A stretch of 62,872 nt of DNA, counting the filler. It is 15 parts of 15 records of this genome, joined end to end, with 100 filler letters (N's around TTAATTAATTAA, not from the genome) between each part and the next. Parts side by side here need not be neighbours in the genome. Positions count along the whole stretch, not along the records: positions 1 to 8,034 come from SRR7504441_21671; positions 8,135 to 11,332 come from SRR7504441_21676; positions 11,433 to 14,849 come from SRR7504441_21680; 12 more parts are not named here. One strand, given 5' to 3'. The position numbers and the translations under genes are program-made. The notes beneath the pieces were generated by a model. It was not told the origin of the DNA. It did no database searches and was given only the letters and a program-made list of their open reading frames with translations. Positions 1 through 12,818 of the stretch are shown one piece after another; position 1 is the stretch's first letter, and every line of letters starts with the position of its first letter.

Positions 1-399
1 AATTCTTGACATAATTCTGGTTGTCGTGCCATTCATCCGGCAACCAAAGCCACCACCGCTACTGACAGCTACACCACCGCACAGTCTCAAGCAGAGGGTA
101 CGCATGATTGTGTCGTCGAGCATCAGTAGGTGGAGCTGGTCGAGCATCAGCCATTGCTATTTGTGTTGCGTGAGTCACTTGAAGTTTCAACCTTTGCTCG
201 AACATCTTCGAATCAAATTTAGCCATTTGTCCTAATCCTGCCGGGAGACCATTGAGCATGGTATCTTAATGGTATCTTCTGTTGGAGTTACTGTGCACCG
301 TACTGTATAATCCAAATTGGCCATTTCGCTCGTGTACCATTCGTGGTCCAATGCAGTCGGTCTCCCGGTGCCTAGCGTTGATGCGGTCGACAGAGGCTT

Positions 400-1996
400 A
401 TGTCAACGGAACACACACCAAGGGGCCCCGATGCCTCGTTGGCGATGAGCGGCTCGGCCCGGTCGCCCGGGACGGCGCTGCTCAGCCCTGGGGTAGCGCC
501 ACTCTCGCCCGTCCGCAGCCCCGAGTCCCGTCGACGTGCGGCCGCCGCGCTGGAGACCACCTCCCGGGTGATCTCTCTGTTGGAGCACCGGCCCCGCCAG
601 CCCGGCGTCAGCGCCGAGATCCCGGAGCCGAGCTCCAGGCAGCTATGCAGCACGCCATCAGCAGCTACAATCTGTGGACAGAAGTTGGTGGTGCAAATTT
701 TGTCATGACTGATCCATGGCCGCGCGTCCATTCAGCCTTTCTAATCTCAGCCGGTGTCGCGGAGGCAGTAATTGACTGGTCTGCCATCACGTGGCGTGTG
801 CGCGCCCACTGGGCCAGACAGTTGGCAGAGCTATAATGCAATTGGGCCGTGGAAATGATAGTTGGCATGCATCTGTGAGGACCATAGAGGCGTCTCTAGC
901 ACCATCATCAGGTTCAGCAACCGATGATCCTGGAGACTCCTCGCCGATGGTCGATGCTGCAAAGCACGCGATTAATCGTTACAATAGCTTTGGGGTAGTA
1001 GTGGTGGCGTGCATGCATGATAGGACGGCCGTAGAGCAGCTGATGACTGCACTGAATGAGAAATATAAGCTTGATAGCCTGTCGGCCGGGGTAAAGGTAC
1101 TCCAGATTCAGGACGCCAAACCTCTGATGATCAAAGAGCACCAATCGTGCGGGCGCACCCTCGAAATCGGACTGGTGTGGGAAATCTGTGCCACTTGGGC
1201 CCACCCAGTGTTGCCATGTCTGGACATCCATAGCACCGCTGTTCCATGCAAAGCAGTCTTCATCCTCGGCTGGAATAGGTCAATCGAATGTTGGGATGTG
1301 CGCCTAGTCAGCCAGGAGCCCGACTTGCAAGCATCAAAAATGGCCCGTCTCCTTGGTACGGACAGAGAGCTTGTTGATGCTGCCTTAGAAGTGCTGGTTC
1401 CAACTGCTGCTAGCCTAAAGCAGGCCCCAGATAAGCTCAAACTGGTGCAGGTCGTCGATCCAGTGCTGCACACGGCAGGTTTTGTAACGAGTCGTGAGCG
1501 GCGGGTCTGGCTGAGTATCCCCCAGTCGACATGGACGTGGAAGTCTGCCTCTCATCCCGAGCTCGAAGGGTATACTGTTTGCATCTCCCTCGAGCTTGAC
1601 CAGACCATGCGTGAGGGTCAATGGCAAAAAGTGAAATGGAAGGCTCAGCTGGATCAGGTCATCAGTGGCGGAACCGAGCTTCTGCCTGCGTTGGATGGCC
1701 CGAATGAGTCCGAGCTCAGCTACTCCGACTTGGCAAGCCCCATTCAAGACCCGATTCAAGACTCACCTGCGGGTCTACTTCCACCAGGAATGAGCGTGCT
1801 TCAGAGAGAGCATCCGGAATTATCATTCGAGGAAGCCTTGCACACAGCAACTATTAGAGCAGCGAGTCCCAAATCATCGGTTCTATCACGAAGGCAAGAA
1901 CTGCGTGACTTGGAGCGAGTTGAAAATTGGGCCGAGCAGCTCATGCAGATGCCCTTGTTTGCACATTCCCCACTACCACGTAATCCGTTCAAATAA
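400..1996 (+). CDS. Hypothetical protein (spliced; at least 2 introns, e.g. 791-828)
   Basis: ATG 400; ORF pieces in three frames can be joined by GT..AG mini-introns; long terminal exon to TAA 1996, then AT-rich UTR. No recognisable domain. Confidence 0.5.
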
Positions 1997-2160
1997 AACC
2001 GAACAAATAAACCCGAACGCGTCTATACAATCATACAAAAGCAAGTACTTAGGTTGTCTCCGGCATACCTTTGATATGCATAACCTTTAACCATTTTTAT
2101 TGGTTAATTGAATTTACTTCCGATCGCGAGTACAGGCATGCTTTGACACCATGACACACT

Positions 2161-5100
2161 TTAACAATACATTGATATCTCCCCTAGTTGACATTCCCCG
2201 GGCTCACTATACGTGGAGACAGCCTCGAAGGTGCATAGGCCTACATGCTCCAGCTGCACCAGATCAAAACACAACTTTGTTCCATCAGCCACTCGAGGCA
2301 CATGGAATCTGCCAGTAAACGCTTTGCGTGACTGCGCACTTGTGTTGATACCATCATGATTGAACACAGTGACATCCAGTTCCCTCACTTGGGCACGTGG
2401 CTGTTCGCCCTGGTGCTTTATAACAATCGAAAACCCACGCACTGTCGCTCGCGAGTACATTAGATGTAGCATCGAACAGGTTTCAACCACAGTTGTGCCC
2501 CGCAGAGTTTGACGAGTTGTGGGCGGCCTGAGCTGCATGATCTGCTCATACTGCCGTGCCATTGACTCGGAGATCGCTGGCACAGGGGGTGCCATGGCCA
2601 GCGAGCCATATATTTGCAGCGTCCGGCAGCGTAACACTGGAGTGTCGAGTTGGCCATCGGCACTAGCCAGCGCCTCCCTCGCTTTCAAAACCTGCGCTCG
2701 GCTCTGTGAGATCTCTGGCTCCGTGTTGCTTTCTTTCCAGGCGGACAACGCATCCTTGAGCTCAGTCCCAGCTGCGCCCGTATCTCCAAGCATCGCTTCA
2801 GGCAGCTGCAGCGTGATTTGAACCAGCCGCGCAGGGCTGGCCTGCGCTTGCACCCGGATCACCAGTTGCGGGCCCTCCGCATCCACCTGGTTCCAGCCTG
2901 AGCCACCAGCCAACATGGGCCACACCTCCACAGCCACTGGACTCAGCTCGTCGAGTGTACTCCCAAGCGCCAGAGAGACCTGAGGAAGGTCGCGGCCCGG
3001 GGAGTATCGGGTCCCGGGATCGAGGACTACGGTGGCCACATTGCTCAGCCTTGAGAGCGCCACGTGAAGTTCGACTGAGTTCACCCCTTCCGGTGCGCTC
3101 CATCCTGCACCGGGCTGGATGACAGCCAATCAGCGGGCTGGTACCTGTGGGGCTCTTGTTTATCGGCCGGAGTAGATGCGAGCACGGCATTGATCCTTGA
3201 GCGGTCGGGACCGAAAGCAACAGCCCCGAATCGGCCCAATTGGCTAGCGACACTTGGCCCTCTCTTCTGGCTGACGCTCCAACGCCTCGCAAGTTCTGCA
3301 TCTCTAGCTGTGCCTGCTCCAGCTTATGCTGTAGCGTCGCCAGGCCTTGCTGCCGCTGATGAGCCACCAGCGACTTAGCCAACTCCATCAGCTTTTCAAC
3401 CTGCCCAATCGGCTCAGAAATCCGGCCGAAGACTTGGGAGTGCCTTGCTCAGCGACTCAAAGCATTGTTTGCACACCCGATGCTCAGCTGTGTTCCACCC
3501 ATACTGATGTATCGCGACCGGCCTGCCGGCGGTCAGCACCCACTGGAGCACGAGCCACCTTGGTGCGAAACAATTGCTGCAGAAGGACTGGCGGCAGCAG
3601 CGGCAGTGCGGGAGCGAATTGAAGAATCCGGACTGGGAAGAGCAGTGCGGCGCCTGGCAGCTGCCTGTGTTGAACTGGCGCTCCTTGCGCATCTTGCTCT
3701 CATAGTCCTCGCTCCGATGTGACACGTGGCTCGCAGGTTGGAACGCCCCAAACGCCCGCTCCAGCCCGCCCGGTCGGGCCTTCCAGTCCTCCCTGGCCAT
3801 GCAGACCGCCTGCAGCACTTTATCCCTCTGCATTGGAGAGACCCGCGCCTCCAGCCTCACGAGCTCGAGCTCGAGCGCCTGCCGCCCTCCAGTCAATCAA
3901 GCCAGCTCAGCTAGCTCACCTCCAGCAAGCTCTCGGGCGGCTGGCCTCGCTTGGCTACCAGCTTCTGCACCGCGGCTGCATACGGCGCTGGATCGGCCGG
4001 TGCTTCCGGCGCCTGGGGCTCGGCAAGCTTTGGACTGGGGCTGCCCACAAAGCCCGATATGCCCAGGACCTCCACTCGGCCTAGTGTCATGTAAGAGTGC
4101 GGGAGCCCGTGGAAGGTGATGTGCACCACCCTGGTCTGGCAGCTCGGGACGGCTGCTGGCTCACGGAACATGGAGGTGAGCGTGCCAAGGTGCTGCTCCC
4201 GTGTGGGGCTCAGCTGGAAGAACAGCCTAGTACCGGAGGCGCACCGGGGAAGGTACGAGTGCATGGCCAGCTGAGTGCTGTCCAGGCTCGGGCCGCTGTA
4301 GACTTCCATCCGATACGGGGAGGTCACGTCGGACACTCCATGCACCATCGTGAGCACAAGTTCGGACACGAACGCAGGCACCGAGAGGAAGACGTAGAGC
4401 TGCACAATGTCCAGGTCGCCCGGACACACCCAGCAGTGGGACGAGGCCCGGAGCAGCTGGTCACTCGTCTGCTCGGCCCCGAAGTGCGAGGGCAGCTGCT
4501 TGAAACAGAGCGCACTGGAGGTGCTGGCTAGTGAGACCAGGGGAGGCTGAGCCCGGAGCCAGGGGAAGTACGAGTCGACCAGGTTGCCCACAAACATGTT
4601 GTACTGGTCGTGCCGGCCGCCGCGCTGGTGGTCGAATATCATGTTGTGCACCCGGCGCTCCACTACGATCTCGGCGTTCTGCTTGGGCTTGGGCAGCCGT
4701 GGTGCGTACTTGAGGATAGAGCCCATGTGCATGGCAGGCGTCTGCGTGTACAGCTGCGAGAGCAAGTCGCCGTGCCGCACGAACAGCTCAGCGATCGCCT
4801 CCACCAGCGCCGGGTGGATGGCTTCGATCAGCTCGGCGGTGGAGAGCGAGCTGTGCGCCCACAGGCTGTCCTCCGCGCCGGGGCTGAGCTTGGCCCCGAC
4901 TCCGAGCTGCCTCAGCTGAGCAGCCAGGAAGCGGAGCCCGATGAAGAAGGAGGAGACGGTGGTCCGGTCCAGCGAGTCCAAGCAGTTGAACCTGAGCACG
5001 GCGCTCTGCCGAGTCCAGACCTACCCCGGGCTTAAGAGGCGCATGCACAATGGACGCACCCTCAGGTTGTCGGAGGCGGAGGCTTGGAAGTCGATCGCGC

Positions 5101-6488
5101 CGCCGGTGAGTCCGCCGTCGACCACCTTTGTCTGGAGCTTCTGCCACAGATGCTCGGCCGAATCGAGCTGGCCGATTGTCTTGTTCATAGAATGGAAGTC
5201 AAAGTTGACTATGCTCAGACGGAGCAGCGCAAGCTCAGGGTCTTGCTGCTCCGCGTGCTTGATCGACTCTTGGAAGAACTGGGACAGCTTGGTCTCCTCG
5301 GAGCCCGGCTTGATCTTGAGCAGATTCACCATCGTGTACGCAAACTGGGCACCATCCGACCGCTCGGCCGCACAGTACCGCCCGAGCACTCTCCGATAGT
5401 ACTCGGGCACTCCAGTGAACGCGTCCTGCTCATTGATCACCACGTGCTGGTCGCCCACCACCGGGGCGTGCGTGTCCCACTTGAGCGGGACTGTCCCTCG
5501 CCGCCAGAGCGTCCCGGACCACTCGATCCTCTTCTGGTCGCCCACCCACACTATTTGCTCCACTTCGGCTTCGTTCCCGGCCCCACCCGCCGCGTTCAGC
5601 CCGCGTGCGATGAACCGGGTGCCGGGGTGCACCGCGCTCTTGCGCGAGATCAGGCAGATGTTCACCTTGACCGGCTCGCCCACCGCCTGGCCCGGGCGTC
5701 ACCCACCGCACACCCAGGCTCGACACCTGGGCCGCGGGTGGTCCGTCTTCGGCCGGCGGCTCAGCCGGGTCTAGAAGCACCGGGACGCCCACCACCGCGG
5801 AGATGGCCTGACCTGCCCCGCCGCTCCGATCCGGCCGGGCCTGGCGCGCGACCTTGGACCAGCACAGCTGCCCACGAACGAAGACCGGCGCGAGAGAAGC
5901 TGCCGCATAGCCACTCGTTCCAGCAGAACTCGGGGTCGTAGTTGGCCACCGGGGAGAGCGCCGGCCAGCGCCGGGTTATGTCGTAGGTCTCGCAGTAGTA
6001 GTGGTGGTCGGCCACAGGGAAACTCATCAAGCTCTCAATATTCTTCCGCTCAAGCTCGGGCGGCCGGGCCGGCCGGGCGAGCGGGATGGTCACCCACTGG
6101 GCCTTCTGCACCGTGTTGACCGCGTGTCCCCCCGGCAGCCGGATGGTGGCCGAGACCGCGGTGGCCAGCAGCAGGTGAGCCGCATTCCCCAGCAGGACGT
6201 ACCCCAAGATCGCGTGGGCCGATACCTGCCGCCGGGACTCGCAACGGGCCGGGCCGGGCCGCGCGCCTGGGTCCGGGGCTCCAGGTTGCCCGAGTGGGCG
6301 CACACGTAGCGGTAGGCGTCGGCCTCGGAGGGGAAGAGGTCCAGCCCGGGCGAGGCCGAGTAACGAAGCTCCCCGAGCAGCGGGTCGACCCAAATCACCT
6401 GGGTGTCCCGCCGGCTGGCCAGCGAGCTGATCAGGCAGTGCGCCCCGTTGGCGTCGCATAGGTAGATGTGACGCGTGGCTCGCGCCAT
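2161..6488 (-). CDS. SAC9: SAC9-like phosphoinositide phosphatase with FYVE-like zinc finger
   Basis: Spliced product has DTQVIWVDP, AILGY, YYCETYDITR, EFCWNEW, HPGTRFIARGLN..GNEAEVEQ, WRRGTVP and catalytic RFNCLDSLDRT, matching plant SAC9; Cys cluster at about 3460-3670. Introns include 6226-6266 (GC-AG) and 5021-5059. Confidence 0.88.
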
Positions 6489-6836
6489 ACCGCAAGGGCT
6501 CAACAGCAACAACGAGGCGCCATGCTGAGTCGGCTCTCTTCAATAAACCGTACGGGAGAGCAGAAAGCTCTCAGGCTCACGCAGCAGTCGCAGTTGACGC
6601 AGGCTGACACTGGTCAACGAGCACCACGACAGCTGAGGCGGAGGGTGGGGGATCCATGCCCTCGGACTGACTGGCTCTACCATAAGATGGGCGCTCTGCT
6701 CATGCTGGAGTACATGTACGCTGGAGCATTGACGAGCCAGCTAGCTGCCAGCTAGCGCTGTAAGCTCTCACGGAGGCCAGGCGCATCATTTCCGTTATCA
6801 AGCCCAGTTCCCGCTCGTCCAAGCACTGTAGGCACA

Positions 6837-7872
6837 ATGGTGAGCCAGCAGCCTCTCCCCCCTGTCTATCAGCTGCGATGACCGTGAGCAGTCCGTGCGG
6901 GCTGCTGGCCCGCGCGGCTGTGTTGACCGCGAGCGCTGTTCCGAACCGATGAGCAGACCCTCTCTTGGGCTCTGTGATGACCGGTTACACTCACCGCTGC
7001 CCAGGTGAAGAAGGTGGCGAAGAAGGCCGCGGCCAAGGCCGAGTTCCCGGCCAACATGATCGAGAAGAAGCCGAGGACATTCTCCATCGGGGGCGACATC
7101 CGTCCCTGCGGCGACCTCACCCGCTTCGTCAAGTGGCCAAAGTATCCGCCCGGCCCGCCGGCCTGGGCTCAGCCGGCGTCGGCAGGTACGTTCGGATCCA
7201 GCGCTCGCGCCGGATCTTGTACCAGCGTATCAAGATCCCGCCAGCGATCAACCAGTTCAAGAACACCTTCGACAAGCGCCAGGTGCGGCCCCGCCTGCCG
7301 TGGCATCGCGACGGGGCGCAGGCTGGCCAGCTCTTCCGTCTGCTCAACCAGCTGACCCCGGAGAGCAAGGCCGCCAAGGCCGCGCGCATCGGCGAGGCTG
7401 CCCAGGCTAAGGCCGCCGGTGCGCGTGCAGGATGTGCGGCCGGGCTGAGCTGATGCGCGCAGGCCAATCTGTCGACTCCAAGAAGCCAGTGTGCGTCAAG
7501 ATGGGCATCAACCACGTGACCAAGCTGGTGGAGGAGAAGGAGGCCAAGCTGGTGGTGATCGCGCACGATGTCGACCCGATCGAGATCGTGATGTGGCTGC
7601 CGTCGCTCTGCAAGGCTCGCGGTGTCCCGTACTGCATTGTGAAGAGCAAAGCTCGGCTCGGTGCGCTGGTCGGCAAGAAGACCGCCACCTGCCTTGCCAT
7701 CACCGAGGTCAAGCCAGAGAACAAGGCCGACCTCGACTCGCTCAAGCAGCTGTGCGAGGCTCACTTCAACTCCCAGTTTGACGATATCATGAAGGAGTGG
7801 GGCGCCGCCACCTCCTCTGATCGCCAGGCAGCCAAGATCGCCAAGCGTAAGGCTGCCGCCGCTGGCAACTAG
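6837..7872 (+). CDS. RPL7A: 60S ribosomal protein L7a (eL8)
   Basis: [56 protein letters not shown]. Introns 6840-7004, 7142-7185, 7283-7321, 7419-7462. Confidence 0.97.
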
Positions 7873-8034
7873 ACATCTGCTGTTGGATATTTGCGAGTTT
7901 GCCACTAATAAATCTCACCTCTTGTGCCATCAGTGACATGTCTAATTCATGTTTGACCGGTTGACGAAGATTTAGACACAAAGTCATCATTTTTCGCTAC
8001 ACCAGCCGCGCCCTGACCACCACGCGGCATCGAG

Positions 8035-8134
8035 NNNNNNNNNNNNNNNNNNNNNNNNNNNNNNNNNNNNNNNNNNNNTTAATTAATTAANNNNNNNNNN
8101 NNNNNNNNNNNNNNNNNNNNNNNNNNNNNNNNNN
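8035..8134. other. Artificial contig-joining linker (first of 14)
   Basis: N44-TTAATTAATTAA-N44 (stops in all six frames). Also at about 11333, 14850, 18338, 22127, 26264, 29538, 32812, 36000, 39208, 44136, 48777, 51877 and 56662. Confidence 0.98.
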
Positions 8135-8415
8135 TAGGCTCACCTCATTACAGCACATGGTAATCGCGCAAAGACGACATTCGATTCAAAACTATGAAAC
8201 CTCGTACTCTCGTGCTCTTATCGTGCTCTCTCAAGTACATGATTGTACTGATACATAAATTATTTTATTTATTTATCTCGCTTATTAATTTGTAAAATGT
8301 CAAGTGCATGATTGCAGGCGCATGTGTCTCTCGGCAAGCTCCAGAGCTCTTAGCTCTAGTTTGCAGCTCATGCAAGCTCAGTATGGTGCAATTGCGCAGT
8401 GATGCTATGTGCCAA

Positions 8416-10783
8416 TTACTCAAAACTATGCTCCATTGGTTCAGTGGTCAATGAAGCCTCATCACCGTCGAATGTCATGACGGTGGCATACTGCGCAGGC
8501 ACTGCCATTGAGATGAGTTCAGTGCCCTCGGGGCCTTCCTGTTGGATTGCCACGTTAAACCCAGAGACCTTGGACGAGACAAACTTGCAGCCGAATGCCG
8601 GAGGTTCCACAGTGACGTCCAGACCGGAGCACTTGTCCACTTGCATGGTCTTGGCATCACCAGTAATGGTCATGTAGCCGCTCTCGCTGTTGTCGACGTT
8701 GATCGAGGCCAGGGCGCCCGGCACAGTCACATGATACTTCTTGCAGCCCGTGATGTTGACGGCCTTGGGCATGCCCTCGATGGTGATGTCGCAGTTCTCG
8801 CAGTCCTGGATCGTCACCGCGTCCTTCTTGATGTTCTCTACAGTGATCTGCCCCGCCTCACACGCAGAGCACAGCGCAGAGCCACCGTGCGGCGGGCCTT
8901 GGACTGGGGTTCGCCTTTGCAGTAGGCGATCTTGAGCTGGTCGAAGCTCACCCGGCCGTTTGTCTCCGGCCGGTCGATCTTGGACTTGTTCTTGTTGAAC
9001 TTGGATCCACCCGACGAGCCGTATTTGTTTTTCTGCCAGCAGTCAGCCTGTGGCTCGCGCTGCGACAACTGACCACTTTCTCGCCTTTGGGCTTGTTCCG
9101 TTCGGCCTTGCTCACGTGCTTGAATCCGTCCTTCAGGTCGCCGGACTTGGACTTCTTGGTCAGCTCTGCCAGCATCGCTTGCCTCGGGTCCATGGCACCA
9201 GAGGCCGCCTGCTCGGCATTGTACGCCGCAGTCCTGTCCGGGGCTCAGCGGTCAAACAGCGCGCCGGGCACTTTTCGGCCCGTTCCTTAAGCTCAGCCAT
9301 CTTCTCGGCAGAGAACCCAGTAGTCGGACCGCCGCGTGGTGGGCCCTTGCCCTTACCCTTGCCGCCGCCCTTGCCGCCAGGAGCCGGAGCTGCGGCCGGG
9401 GCACCCTTGCCTGCTGAGCCGTCGAAGCTGGCCGGGTCGGCGCCGTTCTGGTTCCAGGGCAGTCCAGTCGGGCAGAAGGCCTTGGCAAACTTGGACATCT
9501 CTACAAGCAGCTTTTTGAACTGATCCACAAAGTCGACATACAGCTGGGGCCCAGCCCGCCGGTTCCGCATGTAGATCTGCCCGGGCTCAGCCGCCGGCCG
9601 CCCGGTGGGCGCCTTGTCGCCGTAGAACTGCATCGAGTCGCGGTTGGCATCGACGGCCTCCCACGAGCGCTCCGGGGTGCACACAAACGTGAGCGCGTTG
9701 ATCCCGCCGTTCACGCACTTCTGGAGCCACTCGACTGGGTCGTCCCGATCCTTGGGCAGCCGCACCTGCACCAGCTCCCGGCCGCAGCCCCGGGCGGCGC
9801 ACTCTGTCCACTGCCATGATAGCGGCAGAGAGCGGCTTGAAACAATCTCTCAGGTCGTCCCCAGCTGGCTTCTTGCACGCGGCCGCCATCGCAAGCAGCT
9901 TGGACACTTCGTCGCAGGCGGCCTGAAACAGCGGGCCCTGCGTGGCCACTGTGCTTCCAGCCTCGGCACAGCTCGCCAGGAATGGTGCCAGGTGCTCCTT
10001 GCAAAGCAGAGCCCACGAGGCCTCCACATCCGACCCGCCGGCCGACGACCCGCTAGTCGGGGCAGCGGCGGCTCCAGCCCTGGCGGGGGCGGGCGCTGGG
10101 CCGGACCCGACCATGCCCTTCTGGTACTGGCTGGTCGGGATCCCGCCTTGCTGCCATCCGAGCCCAGCCGGGTGGTTCTCTTTGACGTACGGCAGCATCT
10201 TCTTAAAGATGGCCGAGAACGTGTTTTCGAACGCAATGTAGGTGGCCGGGCCGGTCTTGCGGTAGGTCATCAGAATCTTATCCCCGGTGAACCGCATCAC
10301 CTCGACGTTCTGCTCGATCGCCTGCCAGGCGCTCTGCTCGTAGGCCACCCAGGTCAGGCTCTGGATCCCAGCCTGCACCAGGTCGATCATCATGAACATC
10401 GGGTCCTTCCGGTCCCGCGGCTTTTCTTGGTTGCTCACGGCGCCCAGCGCCGCGCTGATCCCAGCTAGCTCGCCCTGCAGGTCGGCCGGCTTGGCGCAGA
10501 CCGACGCCTTCTCGACCAGCTCGGTGCAGGCATTCAGCGCGGCCACAGCGTTGCTCGCGGCCTGCGCGGCGTCCCCGCCCACTGCCTGGGCCGCTGCGGT
10601 GAAAGCGGCCACCTCGGTGTCGATGATGCCTCTCCAGGCGGCCACTGACGCGTCCAGCCCGGCCCCGCTCGAGCTGGCCGGGGCGCCGGTCCCGCTCACT
10701 TCGAGTCGCTCCAGGCGCGACGTCACGTCTTCCAGCCGGGCGGCGAGCGCATCCAGCACCGAAACAATCTCAGCTTGGCTCAT
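8416..10783 (-). CDS. CAP: Adenylyl cyclase-associated protein (CAP/Srv2) with two tandem helical folded domains
   Basis: N-terminal RLE..SRLE motif; HFD1 (QSLTWV..RFTGDKIL..YVKENHPAGLGW); HFD2 (ALTFV..QFYGDKIY..FCPTGLPWN); Gly/Pro linker; WH2-like AMLAEL..FKHVSK; C-terminal CARP beta-helix. 5 mini-introns. Confidence 0.93.
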
Positions 10784-10948
10784 GGTCAGTCGTCTGCGGC
10801 AACCCGGTGTCTCTGCCGTTACCGTTATTAGGTACCCCGGGGCTGCTGTGCGGGTTATGCGGGCACCAAAGCGGGCACGAGTACAACGGTACGAGTTCTC
10901 GGTGAGCGTAATGCATAATATTGTAATCGCACATTTGGAGCAATCTTG

Positions 10949-11332
10949 TTATAATATAACGCAATTATCAGCGCAAAATCCGCGGGGCTCGGGCGGCAGG
11001 CGTGCGTGCTCCGGGAATTGGGCGTGCATCTGGTACACGCGCAGCTTGCGTTGGACCGCGTACTTTTTGGTACTCAGTTTGCGACCAGAGCTCACTCGGA
11101 CCATCTTGCTGAAGGAGCCGTCCGGCATCGCCATCCGTTCCTTGAACTCGACTGTCAGGCTCCGCCGCTCGAGGTCGCACAGCACGACCGCCAGCGACAG
11201 CTTGGTCCGCACCTGCCGCCGCTCGCCCCCGGCGACTCGCCCTCCGAGCACCGTCGGGCTCTCTCGGTAGGCCTGGAGCACCAGCTCGCCGGTGAGCTCG
11301 CTGAACTCGAGCTGGCTCAGCGCGGCCTGCAT
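10949..11332 (-). CDS. C-terminal part of an unknown prenylated protein (5'-truncated by contig end)
   Basis: Open frame from contig edge to TAA, ending in CaaX motif CVIL. Confidence 0.55.
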   Translation of the reverse strand: MQAALSQLEFSELTGELVLQAYRESPTVLGGRVAGGERRQVRTKLSLAVVLCDLERRSLTVEFKERMAMPDGSFSKMVRVSSGRKLSTKKYAVQRKLRVYQMHAQFPEHARLPPEPRGFCADNCVIL

Positions 11333-11466
11333 NNNNNNNNNNNNNNNNNNNNNNNNNNNNNNNNNNNNNNNNNNNNTTAATTAATTAANNNNNNNNNNNN
11401 NNNNNNNNNNNNNNNNNNNNNNNNNNNNNNNNGGATTTCCGTTGGGTGCCTGGCGCCGGGCGTGAG

Positions 11467-12603
11467 ATGTGGCTGCTGTTGGCGCTGCTGGCGCTGTGCG
11501 GGGCGGCGGCTGCGGAGTCAGTGGAGAGCTGCTCACTGGCGCGGGTGGGCTCGGACACGCTCGACCCGCACTGGGCGGTGGCCTTCCCTGACGGCGAGCG
11601 GGGCCCTGCAGGGCTGGCGGCCGGGACCATCATTCTGCTCGGGCCGGCGGACCGAGTGACGCTCGGCCAGGTGCTCGGCCGGCCGCTGGAGGAGATGGCC
11701 TGGCTGGTGTGCCGGGCGGCGGTGGGGGTCAACCCGAGCGAGGTGGCCGCGGATCTAGAGCTGGTCGCCTTGGATTTCGACATGGTAGGCTTCCTCTCGC
11801 CGCTCGGACCTGATACCCGCCGACTGATGGCCAGCCGGATGGTGCCCAAGCTCTCGGCCCCGACCGGCCCGACCGCCGACGTGCTCCGGCCGCCGCACGC
11901 GCTGCGGCTCGGGCACGCGGCCGGGGTTGGGGTGGTGCTGCGCCGGGAGCTGGCCGGGGGTGAGCTGGTCCCTCCTGAGCTGCTGGCCGATTACGTGGCC
12001 GGGCTGCTGCTGGTGCACGACTTCACCTCGGGGGAGGCCCAGCCGGCCAAGGCCGCCGGGTACAAGACGTTTGGACCGACTGGGCCGTGGGTGGTGCTGC
12101 TGCAGGGCAAGCAGCTGGCCCAGGCAATGGACTCTGCCAAGCTTGAGCTCTGGCGGAACAGCGAGCTGCTCCCGGGCGACGGGGGGGCTGGGCTGGTGGC
12201 TGCCCGGGTGGCGGGGCTTGTGACGGAGGTCTCGCACGGTTTGGACTGGCTCAGAGCAGCTGACGTGCTCGCGATTACTCCGGCTGGTGATCCGGGCTCG
12301 GCACAGCTGGCGGACGGGGATGTGGTAACGGCATCTGCCGAGCTGCAGGTCGATGGGGCGCCAGTCTGGCTAGGCGCCACCCGCAACATGGTGGTGAGAG
12401 ACCGGGAGTGGCGCTGGCGTGCGCCAGATGTGGATCTGCGAACTGGGCATTCAGAGTTGGTATGGTCGGCTCTGATCGTGGCGTCGGTGGTGCTGCTGGT
12501 GGTTGGTGTGCTCATGACTGTCTGTTGCATTGGTCGGCGGTACCGTCGGCTGAATCCGGACACGGCGCCGCCGGCTGGTAAAGACAAACGTAAGAACCAA
12601 TGA
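11467..12603 (+). CDS. Type I membrane protein with degenerate fumarylacetoacetate-hydrolase (FAH) fold
   Basis: Signal peptide MWLLLALLALCGAAAA; FAH-like DYVAGLLLVHDFT..K...KTFGPTGPW..LELWRN..LRAADVL; C-terminal TM helix and basic tail. Intronless. Confidence 0.75.
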   Translation: MWLLLALLALCGAAAAESVESCSLARVGSDTLDPHWAVAFPDGERGPAGLAAGTIILLGPADRVTLGQVLGRPLEEMAWLVCRAAVGVNPSEVAADLELVALDFDMVGFLSPLGPDTRRLMASRMVPKLSAPTGPTADVLRPPHALRLGHAAGVGVVLRRELAGGELVPPELLADYVAGLLLVHDFTSGEAQPAKAAGYKTFGPTGPWVVLLQGKQLAQAMDSAKLELWRNSELLPGDGGAGLVAARVAGLVTEVSHGLDWLRAADVLAITPAGDPGSAQLADGDVVTASAELQVDGAPVWLGATRNMVVRDREWRWRAPDVDLRTGHSELVWSALIVASVVLLVVGVLMTVCCIGRRYRRLNPDTAPPAGKDKRKNQ

Positions 12604-12818
12604 ACACCTTGTCAGACAGCTATATAGCGCACAATGCCTGCAATCATATTACAACTTAATTACAACTACTTGTACAATAATGAATTCATACGAGTACATG
12701 CCTATCATGCTGTACAAATACTTTGTATTCGGAAGGAGCTCGATCGTACTAGCTCTATATCTTCAAATGGTATTCAAACGGTGCCACTAGTGCCACTATT
12801 CCTGTACGGTGCCACGGG

